Shown here: positions 1 to 11,661 of the stretch, in pieces | Layout: every line of letters begins with the position of its first letter | Numbering within the stretch: position 1 is the first letter of the stretch | Source: Octopus bimaculoides | Lineage: Eukaryota | Reading direction: 5' to 3' | DNA length: 52,901 nucleotides | Assembly (NCBI RefSeq): GCF_001194135.2 | Contig: NC_068991.1 | Coordinates: forward strand, 71,575,478 to 71,628,378 | Position numbers and translations under genes: made by a program | Notes under the pieces: generated by a model | Database searches by the model: none | Seen by the model: only the letters and a program-made list of their open reading frames with translations | Told to the model about the DNA's origin: nothing

Positions 1-43
<43 letters not shown>
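1..43. repeat. (AT)n microsatellite
   Basis: Direct reading. Confidence 0.95.
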
Positions 44-51
<8 letters not shown>

Positions 52-570
52 TACACGTATGTATATGTGTACACACTCATGCTTACATAACCATTTCAAT
101 GAATCAATGCTGACAGATACAGACTTTACAACATGCCTCAGTCGTTTAATGTGAAATTTTTGCCTAAAATTTTTCACCCTTCCTGGGCCTATTTCTTTAT
201 TTGAACAAATGTTTGTATTGTTTATTTTCTTATTTTGATCTAAATCAGAAGTTAATTAAAATCATTTAATCTTATCTGTACTAACATTTTTGTTACAGTA
301 TTCTTCTGGCTGTTTATATTTTTTTTATTATTATCATTATTTACAATCTGGGTATATTTTTGTGTTTAACCAGGAAATAACATATTTACTTTAATAAATG
401 GGCTTTTTTTTTCCTTTTGTTGCCCTGTTTTCTATTGAACTTGTTGTTTTTAGCTTTCATACAACAGTCCCTCTGTGCAGTACCTTGGGCAAGTGTCTTC
501 TATTATAGCCCCAGGCCAACTAAACCCTTGTGAGCAAATTTGGTAGACAGAAACTGAAAGAAGCCCATTC

Positions 571-627
<57 letters not shown>
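571..627. repeat. (TG)n(TA)n compound microsatellite (SINE-internal)
   Basis: Direct reading; follows family A block GAAACTGAAAGAAGCCC. Confidence 0.9.
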
Positions 628-630
<3 letters not shown>

Positions 631-781
631 CATTAAGATATTATAATGGTAAATTAGTATATTATGATATATTCAATATACTATAATAAAGGTGGCTATA
701 GCAATTAAAAGGCAAAATACACAAATAAGGGTGCAAACAGTACCTGTAATTGCTAAACATAACAGCTAAAAAATATAACTC

Positions 782-819
<38 letters not shown>

Positions 820-1106
820 TTCATTATGTATTTAGGAGTTAGTTGTAATTTACTTATTGATTTTATTTACCGATACGGTTGTACATTGGGTAAATGTGTT
901 TGAAAGTTGTGGTTTCTTTGGTTTGTTGGTTCCCAAACAACACTTATTTTAGTGTTGTTGACAACCACCGGATTGAATGGTACTGCTGAGATGTCGAAAC
1001 CATAATGATATCCATGGGGCAGCTGATGATGGCGGTATGTTGGATTGTTGCTATGGCTGTGAAATAGTATTATAACACATCCTTTTGATATATATATATA
1101 TATATA

Positions 1107-1334
1107 TTGGGTTGTCCTGAAAGTTCGTGCCGATTTATAGTAGCTTGCCTTTCTACTTATTTGCCATGAAACCACCTCAATTCTGGGAAGAGGGTATTTT
1201 CAAGTTAAAGGAAAGATGGAGACGCATTGTGCAACAAAATGGTTCATATTTGGTTGATTAAAAATGTAAGGGCAAGTATTTATTGACCTTTTTCTTTCCT
1301 TTAAAAATCGGCACGAACTTTCCGGACAACCCAA
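1107..1334 (+). mobile_element. Mariner-derived non-autonomous element (internally deleted)
   Basis: 30-bp TIRs TTGGGTTGTCC(T/G)GAAAGTTCGTGCCGATTT (29/30 identical), TA on both sides; 1160-1261 encodes a mariner-transposase-like C-terminus FAMKPPQFWEEGIFKLKERWRRIVQQNGSYLVD*. Confidence 0.9.
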
Positions 1335-2269
1335 TAATTTAGGATTTTCGTTTCTTTAAATACAGAATAATCACTGGCATAGCTCTATAGCCATGAAGTC
1401 TGTTTTGTAACCCTGTTGGTTTTGAGTGTCAATATATAACCAGAAGTATTGGTTGTGATATTTACGATATGCTATATGTAAATCGGGGCAGTAGGCCAAC
1501 TGTTCCGTTATCATATCACCAACATTGATATGAACCAACTTGACTGTCTCCACTGAAGTACTTTGACAAAGATAAGAGACTTCGAGGCACAATGTGTAAT
1601 ATTTATAGGGAAATAGTATTTGTATTCCCAAAGCAATAATATTGGTAAAGATGAGTGTGCTATCGAAGTTTTCGTGCTTGGCTCTTAGTCAGGTTTTGTA
1701 TTTACGAAAATTCGGAAATAGAAAATATATATGAAAAAAGAAAAAAAATACTAGTTTCTTTAAAGGTAAATAACTCTGTGATAGTAAAAGAGACTTATTT
1801 CCCTTGAATATTCAGGCGTTAACTTTGGAGAAAAATGAATTGTTTTGGTGGAAAATCGAATAAATATGTTATATATGGAATTAAAAGAGGAACATAATAA
1901 TGGTACAGAAGATGGTAGACGGGTGTTGGAAAAAAATAAGGCAGACGGCTGAAGAGTAAAGATAACAAGTGAAGTGAAGCAATGCCAGATCTCGAACCAG
2001 TTATGTGATTTTAGTGCAACTTTTCCACTTCCATAACACGCACTTTTCGAAGTGTCAGTATTTTCGAAATTACTCTAAGCTTACATGAGGATCTTAGCTA
2101 TGCCAGTTTATTTTATGGGGTGAAGTATGGAGTTTCTTTTTTCTCCTGTGCACATATCACATCTTTCACTTCCATTTTATAGAATATGGATCTGCCGATG
2201 ATTTTTCCTCTTAATGTTGTTGGTTCCAGTCAAATCTAGGTTGTGTTCCATAGAGGTGATCTCTGCCTT

Positions 2270-2617
2270 ATAAATAATGACTTGAGTATCACGCACGAAA
2301 TCATGGGTAGCGCATGTCTGTTCACGAGCAGAAGTTGTGGGGGAGCATCATAGCCCTGTGTTGAAAGGAATTCTTTAGGGTTTGAATAATTCATCTCTGG
2401 AAACGGGTGTTTCGTTCGACATCCTTAGGTAATCCTTATTCAGGGACCTTTTGAGCGGGATGGGCTACTCGATCTGAAGAAAATTCTAACTGGGCCCCAC
2501 CTCGAAGGTCATGCGCTGTTTATCTTGATATGAGATCACCGTGTTGCGCACATATGGTTGTGATGCATGCGCCTGGTGTACCCTTATCAGCCGGGTTGTC
2601 ATGATGGGTGTACTGGG
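2270..2617. repeat. Interspersed repeat fragment, family unassigned
   Basis: Resembles a repeat I recall from octopus genomic DNA (CAGGGACCTTTTGAGCGGGATGGGCTACTCGA...); not verified and single copy in window. Confidence 0.35.
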
Positions 2618-2945
2618 CTTTAGTCGAGCAAATCGACACCAGGACTTATTCTTTGTAAGCCTAGTACTTATTCTATCGGTCTCTTTTACCGAACCGCTAG
2701 GTTACGAGGACGTAAACACACCAGTATCGGTTATCAAGCGATGTTGGGGGGGACAAACACAGACACACATATAGATATATACGACGGTCTTCTTTCAGTT
2801 TCCGTCTACCAAATCCACTCACAAGGCTTTGGTCGGCCCGAAGCTATAGTAGAAGACACTTGCCCAAGGTGCCACACAGTGGGACTGAACCCGGAACCAT
2901 GTGGTTTGTAAGCAAGCTACTTACCACACAGCCACTCCTGCGCCT
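2618..2945 (-). mobile_element. tRNA-headed SINE, family A (AGGAGTGGCTGTGTGGTAAG head)
   Basis: Reverse complement of the element at 4815-5198; B-box-like GGTTCAGTCCC; related copies at 36524, 36943, 47046, 50680. Confidence 0.82.
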
Positions 2946-2959
2946 GGAAATAAATGAAG

Positions 2960-3135
2960 TAAGCATGCTCTGTTTGATGTGCAATGTAAGTGTGCATGAA
3001 AGATATAGTACAAAGGCAGAAAGTGGAAAACTGGGCATAAGAGGAATCAGGTATAGCGTGCAAGAATGAATACTGCGCTAGTATGGACATCTGATGCGTA
3101 TGGATGAAGACACATGTATGAAGAAGTGTAATATA
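2960..3135 (+). mobile_element. RTE-clade LINE ORF remnant
   Basis: SMLCLMCNVSVHER...IRGIRYSVQE*ILR*YGHLMRMDEDTCMKKC, degenerate form of the RTE LRWYGHV.RM motif. Confidence 0.7.
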
Positions 3136-3469
3136 AAATTGGATGGAACTTACGGAAGAGAGAGACTAAGGAAAACATGGGGATGAGGTGGGGAAACTGA
3201 TTTCAGTACCTTGAGCCCTGACATGCGGTTCCCCGAGAAGACCCGCCCGCGTCAACGAAACTGAGTTCCTGTAGAGCTGTGTGCGCGCGCGCACGTGCGC
3301 AACTGAGTCCTCCACCCAATGTCCACCCTCCTCGAGACACCCACCACCATCACTACGCCCCCTCCCCAACTACAGTTCTTCATTGATACTACGTTTCTTA
3401 CTACTCAGAACAACATCGCATGTTATCTATTAAAACTGAAAAAAACAAAAACAAAACACAAATAAAACG

Positions 3470-3795
3470 GCACTCCGTCGGTTACTACGACGAGTGTTCC
3501 AGCTGATCTGATCAGCGGAACGGTCTGCTCCTGAAACTAACGTGCAAGTGGCTGAGTATTCCACAGACATATGTACCCTTAACATAGTTCTCATGGAGAT
3601 TCAGCGTGGCACAGAATGTTACTTAACTGGCCCTTTGAATTACAAGTATACTCGTTTATCGCCAGCTGAGTGGACTGGAGCAACGTGAAATAAAGTGTCT
3701 TGCTCAAGGACTCAACGCGCAAGACACCAGGTATCGATCTCACGACCTTACGAATGTGAGCCGAATACCCTTACCACTTAGCTACGCGCTTTCAC
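3470..3795 (-). mobile_element. tRNA-headed SINE, family B
   Basis: Shares GGCACTCCGTCGGTTAC...CTCCACAGACA block with 5325-5629 and (inverted) 6170-6557. Confidence 0.78.
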
Positions 3796-4189
3796 TCCAT
3801 TAATACTAACCTCCACCTATACTTCCATTGAACCCTACCCTCACCCTCCACTATGGCACCAAATTATTTCACTTTCCTTATCCCCATGCGTCTCACCTTC
3901 CTCCATACACTGCGCCTGATCTCCCTTTCTCTCTCTTCCCCATCCATCTCTGCAACCTACCCACCAACATGTCGTCTTTCTTTCACCCTAAACCTCTTTG
4001 CTATATCATGCTTTCTATTCTGCCGCCTCGCATCAGACATCCCCTACACCACTCACTCACCCTTGGCACCCTTGCCCCATTCATTCCTACCCACCTCGCA
4101 CATTGAAGGTCCTTCTTGCACCTCTTCACCGCTTATATCACTTTCCATCTCCGCCCCTATCTTCTCTTCTAAAACGTGGGCAGTCAACA

Positions 4190-4460
4190 AATGTCTTCAA
4201 GATCTGGAGGTCGGACGAAATTTCAAACATAGAAGTGAAGGGGATAAAACGAACCGAACTCCCATCAATCGGTCCTCCAAGCTGCCTTGCAAGACAAGTG
4301 TTAGACAAGCAACCTGAAGGAAAGAGATTAATTGGACGACCTAAGATGACCTGGAAAGGACGTATGGAGGATGAGGCGGAATCAAGGACGTAGCCCAGGA
4401 TCGCGTCCGCTGGCATGAAATAGTCGCGGTCCTACGATCCTTAATACCGGAATAATGTGG
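4190..4460 (+). mobile_element. RTE-clade LINE 3' end (frameshifted)
   Basis: LARQVLDKQPEGKRLIGRPKMTWKGRME followed in another frame by DVAQDRVRWHEIVAVL; G.RP..W and A.DR..W motifs. Confidence 0.75.
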
Positions 4461-4814
4461 TTTAACTCTAACTCTACCTCTACAGCAAGAAACCTGTTCT
4501 GCTCTGGCCCTTTTCTCTCGTATTTAAGCCCTCCCGATTCCTTATCCTCCTAGCAAAAGTTCTCCTTTCCCACACGAGGTGTGTAGTCTTGCAATCTGCA
4601 TGGCGATCCCGCTAGTGCTGATGAATCGGAAAAAAAAAAAGCACCCGGTACATGGAGTAAAGCGGTTGGTATTAGGAAGGGTATCCAGCCTTAGAAACAA
4701 TGCTAAACAAACACTGAAGCACGATACGGTCCTTGGGCCCAGCGGATCCTGTCAAACTGTCCAACCATGCTAGTATGGAATATGAACATTAACTGATGAA
4801 GATGATGACGATAT

Positions 4815-4953
4815 ACCACATGGTTCCGGGCTCAGTCCCACTGCGTGGCACTTTGGGAAAGTGTCTTCTACTATAGCCTCGGGCCGACCAAAGCCTCGTG
4901 AGTGGATTTGGTAGACGGAAACTGTAAGAAGCCCGTCGTATATATGTATATGC

Positions 4954-4985
<32 letters not shown>

Positions 4986-5198
4986 TTGAGTGTCTGTGTT
5001 TGTCCCCCCAACATCGCTCGACAACCGATGCTGGTGTGTTTACGTCTCCGTAACTTAGCGGTTCGGCAAAAGAGAACGATAGAATAAGTACTAGACTTAC
5101 AAAGAATAAGTCCTGGGGTCGATTTGCTCGACTAAATGCGGTGCTACAGCATGGCCGCAGTCAAATGACTGAAACAAGTAAAAGAGTAAAGAGTAAAG
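4815..5198 (+). mobile_element. tRNA-headed SINE, family A (5'-clipped)
   Basis: GGTTCCGGGCTCAGTCCC head, internal (TA)n(TG)n, ends in (AAAGAGT)n tail. Confidence 0.85.
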
Positions 5199-5324
5199 TG
5201 AGTATACGTATGCATATATTTCCATACATTTCCATACATTCCATACATTACATATACACACACAAAGCCTACGTTTCAAAGTGAGTGCGCGTGCGTCTAT
5301 AAATAGATAGATATCCACATAGAA

Positions 5325-5629
5325 GGAGCACTCCGTCGGTTACAACGACGCGGGCCCCAGCTGATCCGATCAACGGAACAGCCTGCTCGTGAAATTAACG
5401 TGCAAGTGACTGAGCACTCCACAGACATGTGTACCCCTAACGTAGTTCTCAGGGAGACTCAGCGTGACAAGGCCGGCCCTTTGAAATACAGGTACTACTC
5501 ATTTTTACCAGCTGAGTGGACTGGATAATGTGAAATAAAGTATCTTGCTCAAGGACACAGCGCATCGCCGGGAATCGAACTCACGATCGTGAGCCGAATG
5601 CCCTAACCACTAAGCCACGCGCCTTCACA
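5325..5629 (-). mobile_element. tRNA-headed SINE, family B
   Basis: Minus-strand head GTGAAGGCGCGTGGCTTAGTGGTTAGGGCATTCGG...GAGTTCGATTCCCGG with A/B boxes. Confidence 0.82.
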
Positions 5630-6169
5630 GATATCCACATCAGAAGCATGTAAATGATATACTTATAAGCATGATAGTATAACAGATGGCGTTAAATTAA
5701 TAACTTTCAACATCTTAATAATATAATCGATGTATTTGTCTTTATTCTTCCAACCTGCGCAATTTCGTTTTGTGCAAGTTCGCGCACAAGAGCTGTATCA
5801 GTGATGGGAAATACACTAAAGTTGAGTTAGTTCCGTTGTTGTTCCTTGCTACACTTGTCCAGTAACGTTAACAGTATCATCACATTGCTGTAGTTTGGTT
5901 TCATTGTATATTATTTTGACCTAAAATTGTCGGATAACAACGTGTACTAATTCTATCTTATTCTTTCGTGTGATTGTAATTCGGCTGAGGTGTTTATTCA
6001 TGCAGAAATACGGTGAAGAAAAGTATTATGTGTGAGAATTGTCAAAAACCCTTCATAGATAGATTGTTACCGTTCTTTAATTCCATTTCGGCATTGATCG
6101 AGTAGAACAATGGTCACAGTGTTCTAACCTTTTCCATCAAGCTTTTTGACACTGATTATGCTAGATTGT

Positions 6170-6557
6170 GTGAAGGCGCAATGGCCCAGTGGTTAGGGCA
6201 GCGGACTCGCGGTCATAGGATCGCGGTTTCGATTCCCAGACCGGGCGTTGTGAGTGTTTATTGAGCGAAAACACCTAAAGTTCTACGAGGCTCCGGCAGG
6301 GGATGGTGGCGAACCCTGCTGTACTTACTCTTCCACCACAACTTTCTCTCATTCTTACTTCTTGTTTCTGTTGTGCTTGTAATTCAAAGGGTCAGCCTTG
6401 TCACACTGTGTCACGCTGAATCTCCCCGAGAACTACGTTAAGGGTACACGTGTCTGTGGAGTGCTCAGCCACTTGAACGTTAATTTCACGAGCAGGCTGT
6501 TCCGCTGATCGGATCAACTGGAACCCTCGTCGTCGTAACCGACGGAGTACCAACACA
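6170..6557 (+). mobile_element. tRNA-headed SINE, family B, apparently full length
   Basis: A box TGGCCCAGTGG, B-box-like GGTTTCGATTCCC; 3' part matches 25012-25289; head matches 49989-50084 (minus). Confidence 0.85.
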
Positions 6558-6679
6558 CAATACTAGATTATATTATCCAATAAGCCGTTTTTTTTTGTTT
6601 TTTTTTTAACCTTTTAAAATATTTCAAAGACGTCAAAGTATGATTTGAGACTGATATGTTTCATAATTTTAACAGGTGG

Positions 6680-6830
6680 ACTCGTTAGTTCGCTGAACAG
6701 CAATGAGTGGATATAAATTTCGAAGTAGAACAGTTTTTGGGCAGCACCGTCAACGAAATTACCATTGGGCTGTGAGAAATTGGCGCGTGCGTAAAATGCG
6801 GCATGTTGGCATGTTTTGCAAGGTTCTCTT
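6680..6830. promoter_or_regulatory. Candidate XPO5 promoter patch
   Basis: CpG-containing non-repeat patch ~450 nt upstream of the ATG; two ATTGG (reverse CCAAT) at 6764 and 6779; TTGGCGCG E2F-like motif. No TSS evidence. Confidence 0.3.
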
Positions 6831-7264
6831 GTTAGTTGGGGTCTTGGGATGATTTCTTACCATTGCCACAGCTTTATACTTGCATCAACTACAAAACCGG
6901 CAAATTCTTCCTTTCTGCTTTAATAATAATTACTCCATTTGGTGAAATCAGAGTCGAGAGAATTTCTTTCTCTTTCTTTTTACATTCAATTCATTCAACC
7001 GAATTTATGTTTTGCTGATTTCCTTTTTTTTTGTTTTGTTTTCAATTTCATTCACCAGAAAGAAAAAAAAGGAATAAGTGAATATACATAAATACTATAC
7101 ACATATTTATATATTTCTGTAAAATTTCTCCAACTCATCGCAGCATAAAAATCAAGAACAGCGTAATCTTTATATATATATATATATATTTTGAAACCCA
7201 GAACCACATATACATATCTCTATATATTTAATTAAAAAAAAATAACGCAACTGAATTACCGAAA

Positions 7265-7354
7265 ATGGATACAGATGTTCAACAACTCATAGCAGCCGTG
7301 GACACAGTAATGAACCCAGCTGTGAGCCAGCAGGAACGAATTTTAGCGCACCAG
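7265..7354 (+). CDS. XPO5: XPO5 coding exon 1
   Basis: AAAATGG start; MDTDVQQLIAAVDTVMNPAVSQQERILAHQ; donor GTGAGA, phase 0. Confidence 0.88.
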
Positions 7355-8840
7355 GTGAGATAATTAATTAAGGCATTTACGAAACTATTTCCTTTCTTTT
7401 GGCAGAATAAAAGACAAAAGTGAAATTCAAATGCACTCATTTTGTCTTCTATTACTGTAACAAACATGACCTTTCATGCTTACACTTGTTTAACTATATA
7501 CATCCATACATACATATATATATATGTGTGTGTGTTTATTATGGAAAAAAGAGGTAAATCGAATTATTCCGTCATATTTAAAGGTTTCGTGCGATCGACA
7601 TTACAGTTAATCGCACTCACCGGCAAGTCTGTATGCCAACTTGAACTAGATACCACACATATATAATGTAAATATATATATATATATATTATGTTTAAGG
7701 TTTAGAAAGTGGGCGAAATTTCCTTATGTTTTCTGCAATTTAGTCGACGATGTGAGTTATCTATATCGGGCATATATTTTGTAAACACTTTCGTTTTAAA
7801 GCAAGATTGCTTAGTTTCGTTCGAATTCTTTAATGCCGGTAACGAACCAATGAGGCAGCCTCTAGTGGTTGCTCAACATGCTAGAAACAGCAGCCAGATT
7901 CCGTTCTCCCACTCCCCCCCCACTTTCAAATCATACCGTAATGTCTTCAGAAAAGTGCACGTTTAATTAATGTGATCGAAAAAATCCGACAGAATGGTCG
8001 CAGCTGCAAAGTCTCTTATTATAGACTTGCTCGGTCAAGGTTCTCCTCGGACTAATCAACAGCGACAAAATATTTTCAAATATTTGCCACCCGCATCTGA
8101 TTTTTTTCTTTTTTTTTTTTTCAAATATATTTTCTCACGTCTCTATTCTCTGCTTGATATTCCTACATCTCACCCGCTTTTCTTTCCTTTTCTCTCTCTC
8201 TCCCGTTCTTTCTCCTCATTTTCTCTATTTCTGTCTCTTTTTTTTTTTTCGTTATCTTTCTCACCCTTGTTCTGTCTCTCTCTCTTTCTCCCCTTCTCTG
8301 CCGCCAAATTTCCAAACAGCCATTGCTCCTTACTGTTAATCTTTGCTTCATTATTGTATATAAATATATTATAAAATAACTTTAACAACCACATGCGATA
8401 TACTGCAGGTATTTTCTTCTTCCCATTCTTAACCAAGTCACAAACGAACGACACGAATCTGAAAGNNNNNNNNNNNNNNNNNNNNNNNNNNNNNNNNNNN
8501 NNNNNNNNNNNNNNNNNNNNNNNNNNNNNNNNNNNNNNNNNNNNNNNNNNNNNNNNNNNNNNNNNNNNNNNNNNNNNNNNNNNNNNNNNNNNNNNNNNNN
8601 NNNNNNNNNNNNNNNNNNNNNNNNNNNNNNNNNNNNNNNNNNNNNNNNNNNNNNNNNNNNNNNNNNNNNNNNNNNNNNNNNNNNNNNNNNNNNNNNNNNN
8701 NNNNNNNNNNNNNNNNNNNNNNNNNNNNNNNNNNNNNNNNNNNNNNNNNNNNNNNNNNNNNNNNNNNNNNNNNNNNNNNNNNNNNNNNNNNNNNNNNNNN
8801 NNNNNNNNNNNNNNNNNNNNNNNNNNNNNNNNNNNNNNNA

Positions 8841-8874
<34 letters not shown>

Positions 8875-11628
8875 CTTTTTTTTTTCATTTTTGATCTGTA
8901 CAAAGTTACAAAACGGACTCAAGGACCCAGAGTGTCGTGTATGGCTCTTATGAAATTGATTTAAAATCTGATAACGTGGATTCAGGTTGTTAAGAAGCAT
9001 ACACGAAACTCTCTGCCCTCGAGTCATTTTTGTAACTTTACCGATTACGTATATATATACACATACCACACACAGTTCTATTTCTCTTATCTGGCCAACC
9101 AAATCTCTGTGCGTGTATGTGTATACATACACACATACATAAATACATAAACGCGCGCACTTGACTATGTCAAGGTAGAGTGACCGGCTAAAACATCTCT
9201 TTTGCTTATTACAAAATTGAAGTTAAAAGTTACGTCAGTTATTGGAAGGATCCAATGGGCACCAAAGTAACCATTTTATTGGAACGGACGATCGTTTTAG
9301 AAAATCTAAAAGACCAGTTCTAAAAGTACAAATTAATTGTGAAACGCCATTATACATACATACATACATACATTCATACATACGTACTTAGAATCGGCAA
9401 GAATTAATTCATTTGCGAATAGTGTTTTGTTTTTTTTATTTTGTTTTAATTAATCTTAAATGAAAAATGCCTTTTACTTTTATAAACGTAAATTATCTTT
9501 GCTCGCTACGTTTTGGTTTATTAAAAGAAAGAAATATTTTTAAAAAATGTTGCAGAGGACCATTTTAGATGCTACCTGCTTGGTAAATTATTGATACCGC
9601 TTCTGTTTCTTCTGTCAAGAAATTATTGGTGACAAAATAAAAAATAAAAACTAACAGTAGCCATGTCTGGAATTTCGCCGGGGTAGGTAGGTAAAGAGAA
9701 ACAGAGCGCACTACAAGGTGGCTTGATTAATTTGGGGATGGTATAGTATAGTATATATATATTTATAACCTCGAATTGAAGGAACAACCAAAAAAATATT
9801 ACAATAGATGTCTATTTTAATTAGTAAAAGAATTCTTTTTTTTTTTTTTAATGTAAGAACGATCTCTACATTTTCGCTTCAACGAATTCTAATTCATCTG
9901 AATTAGCAAGCAATGGCCACACGTTTGGTCATTGTTCTCAGTTGTTTTTGTGTGTATGTGGAGGCTTTGTGTTCTCTCGCATTCATTTCAGATATCCCTA
10001 TATATNNNNNNNNNNNNNNNNNNNNNNNNNNNNNNNNNNNNNNNNNNNNNNNNNNNNNNNNNNNNNNNNNNNNNNNNNNNNNNNNNNNNNNNNNNNNNNN
10101 NNNNNNNNNNNNNNNNNNNNNNNNNNNNNNNNNNNNNNNNNNNNNNNNNNNNNNNNNNNNNNNNNNNNNNNNNNNNNNNATATATATATAATATTATAGA
10201 TATATATATGTATAAATATTAGTGTTTGTTTTTATATTATAATACAAAACAATTTAACATTAATCTGAAGCATTACTCAATACTTTCGGTAGAGTGCAAA
10301 TTTTATTATTCTTTAACAAGGCAGTGACTTCGAAGTTTCGGCCAGCTTAGCCATCATTGGGCAGTCCGATATTGCTAGTCTCAAAATTAATGGTAATTAA
10401 AATATTTGGAGAGAATTTCCATCGCGTGCTAATCAGATATTGTAATTGTGTCGTTACAAATGGGGAATCCCCGTTCTTCTAAACCACTGACCGGCATCTT
10501 CATTAAATAAGCACTTTTTTTTCTTTCTCTTTCATTAAATTAACTCCTTCATTACTGATTCTTCTTCTCTTAGAAACAAGCTGGATGTTCGCTAAGCTTT
10601 TAATTTATTTTTTACCTTAATTATATATCAAATTTCCTTGAAATTAAAGTTAATACGTTACGATAACAACACTACCACGTCTGACACGCACTTTCTTTCT
10701 ACTACTGTACAAATAAAACTGGGGTCCTTTATCGAGATGTTCTCTTTGTTTAAAGGTTTGTGAGACAGAAATCGATTTTCATATTGGGTACAATATAAGG
10801 TATTACGGGTGCGGAGATTGGTTCTTTTGTTTAAGGAGCTGTGAGATCAGTGAATCAGTGAAATCTTGCTATTCCTCAGTGGTTGTCTGTTGTTTAGCCC
10901 CGATCGAGCAGCCAGGGCTCTGATCAAAGTAGTTCCAACTGTGATCATCCCCCTTCTTGAATTCTGCCATTATCCAATGTATTTTCCTCTTATTTAAGAC
11001 GGTAGGCTGTGAGACTTGACTGCTATTTCTAACAATTCTGTCTGTCGCGTAGTATCCCCCTTTCATTGCTTCGTTATTTTCTCAGTTGTTGTTCAGCCCC
11101 GATTTAAGAAGACGTTCCATGCGTGTACATCCCATCTTTTTTTTTTTTTTTTCAATCTTTAGAACTATATCCTCTCTAATACATCATTCATTTTCTCTTA
11201 AGACTGTGATTTGACAGCTATTTCTAGTAGGTCTATTGACCTTTCTCAGAAACTAGCTCACAACACCGGCTGAGATGCAATAAATATTTACCGATCACTC
11301 ATCTTTATCATTGTTATTAATCGTTTTTAAGGCGGCGAGCTGGCAGAATCGTTAGCACGCCGGACAAAACGCTTAGCGGCATTTCGTCCGTCTTTTACGA
11401 TCTGAATTCAAATTTCAACGAGGTTAATTTTGCCTTTCATCCTTTCGGGGTCGATGAAATAAGTACCAGTTACACACTGGGGTCGATGTAATCGACTAAA
11501 CATCCGCACCCCCCAAAATTTCAGGCCTGGTGCCTACAATAGAAAGGATTGTTATTGGTCGATGAAATGAGTACACTGGACCAATTTAATCGGCTCATCT
11601 TCTTCCCCAAACTTACTATAGCAGAAAA

Positions 11629-11661
<33 letters not shown>

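Noticed and set aside
6172-6250. Apparent tRNA gene
   Set aside because: A/B boxes are present but there is no proper acceptor stem or T-run terminator, and it continues into the SINE body; it is a SINE head.
8170-9132. Long ORFs in the track (e.g. 320 aa here; 238-298 aa at 24458 and 49333)
   Set aside because: They run through N-gaps and microsatellites; not real coding sequence.
9662-9692. ATG...GG|GTAGGT as an alternative XPO5 first exon
   Set aside because: The donor would be phase 2 while exon 2 needs phase 0, and there is an in-frame stop otherwise.
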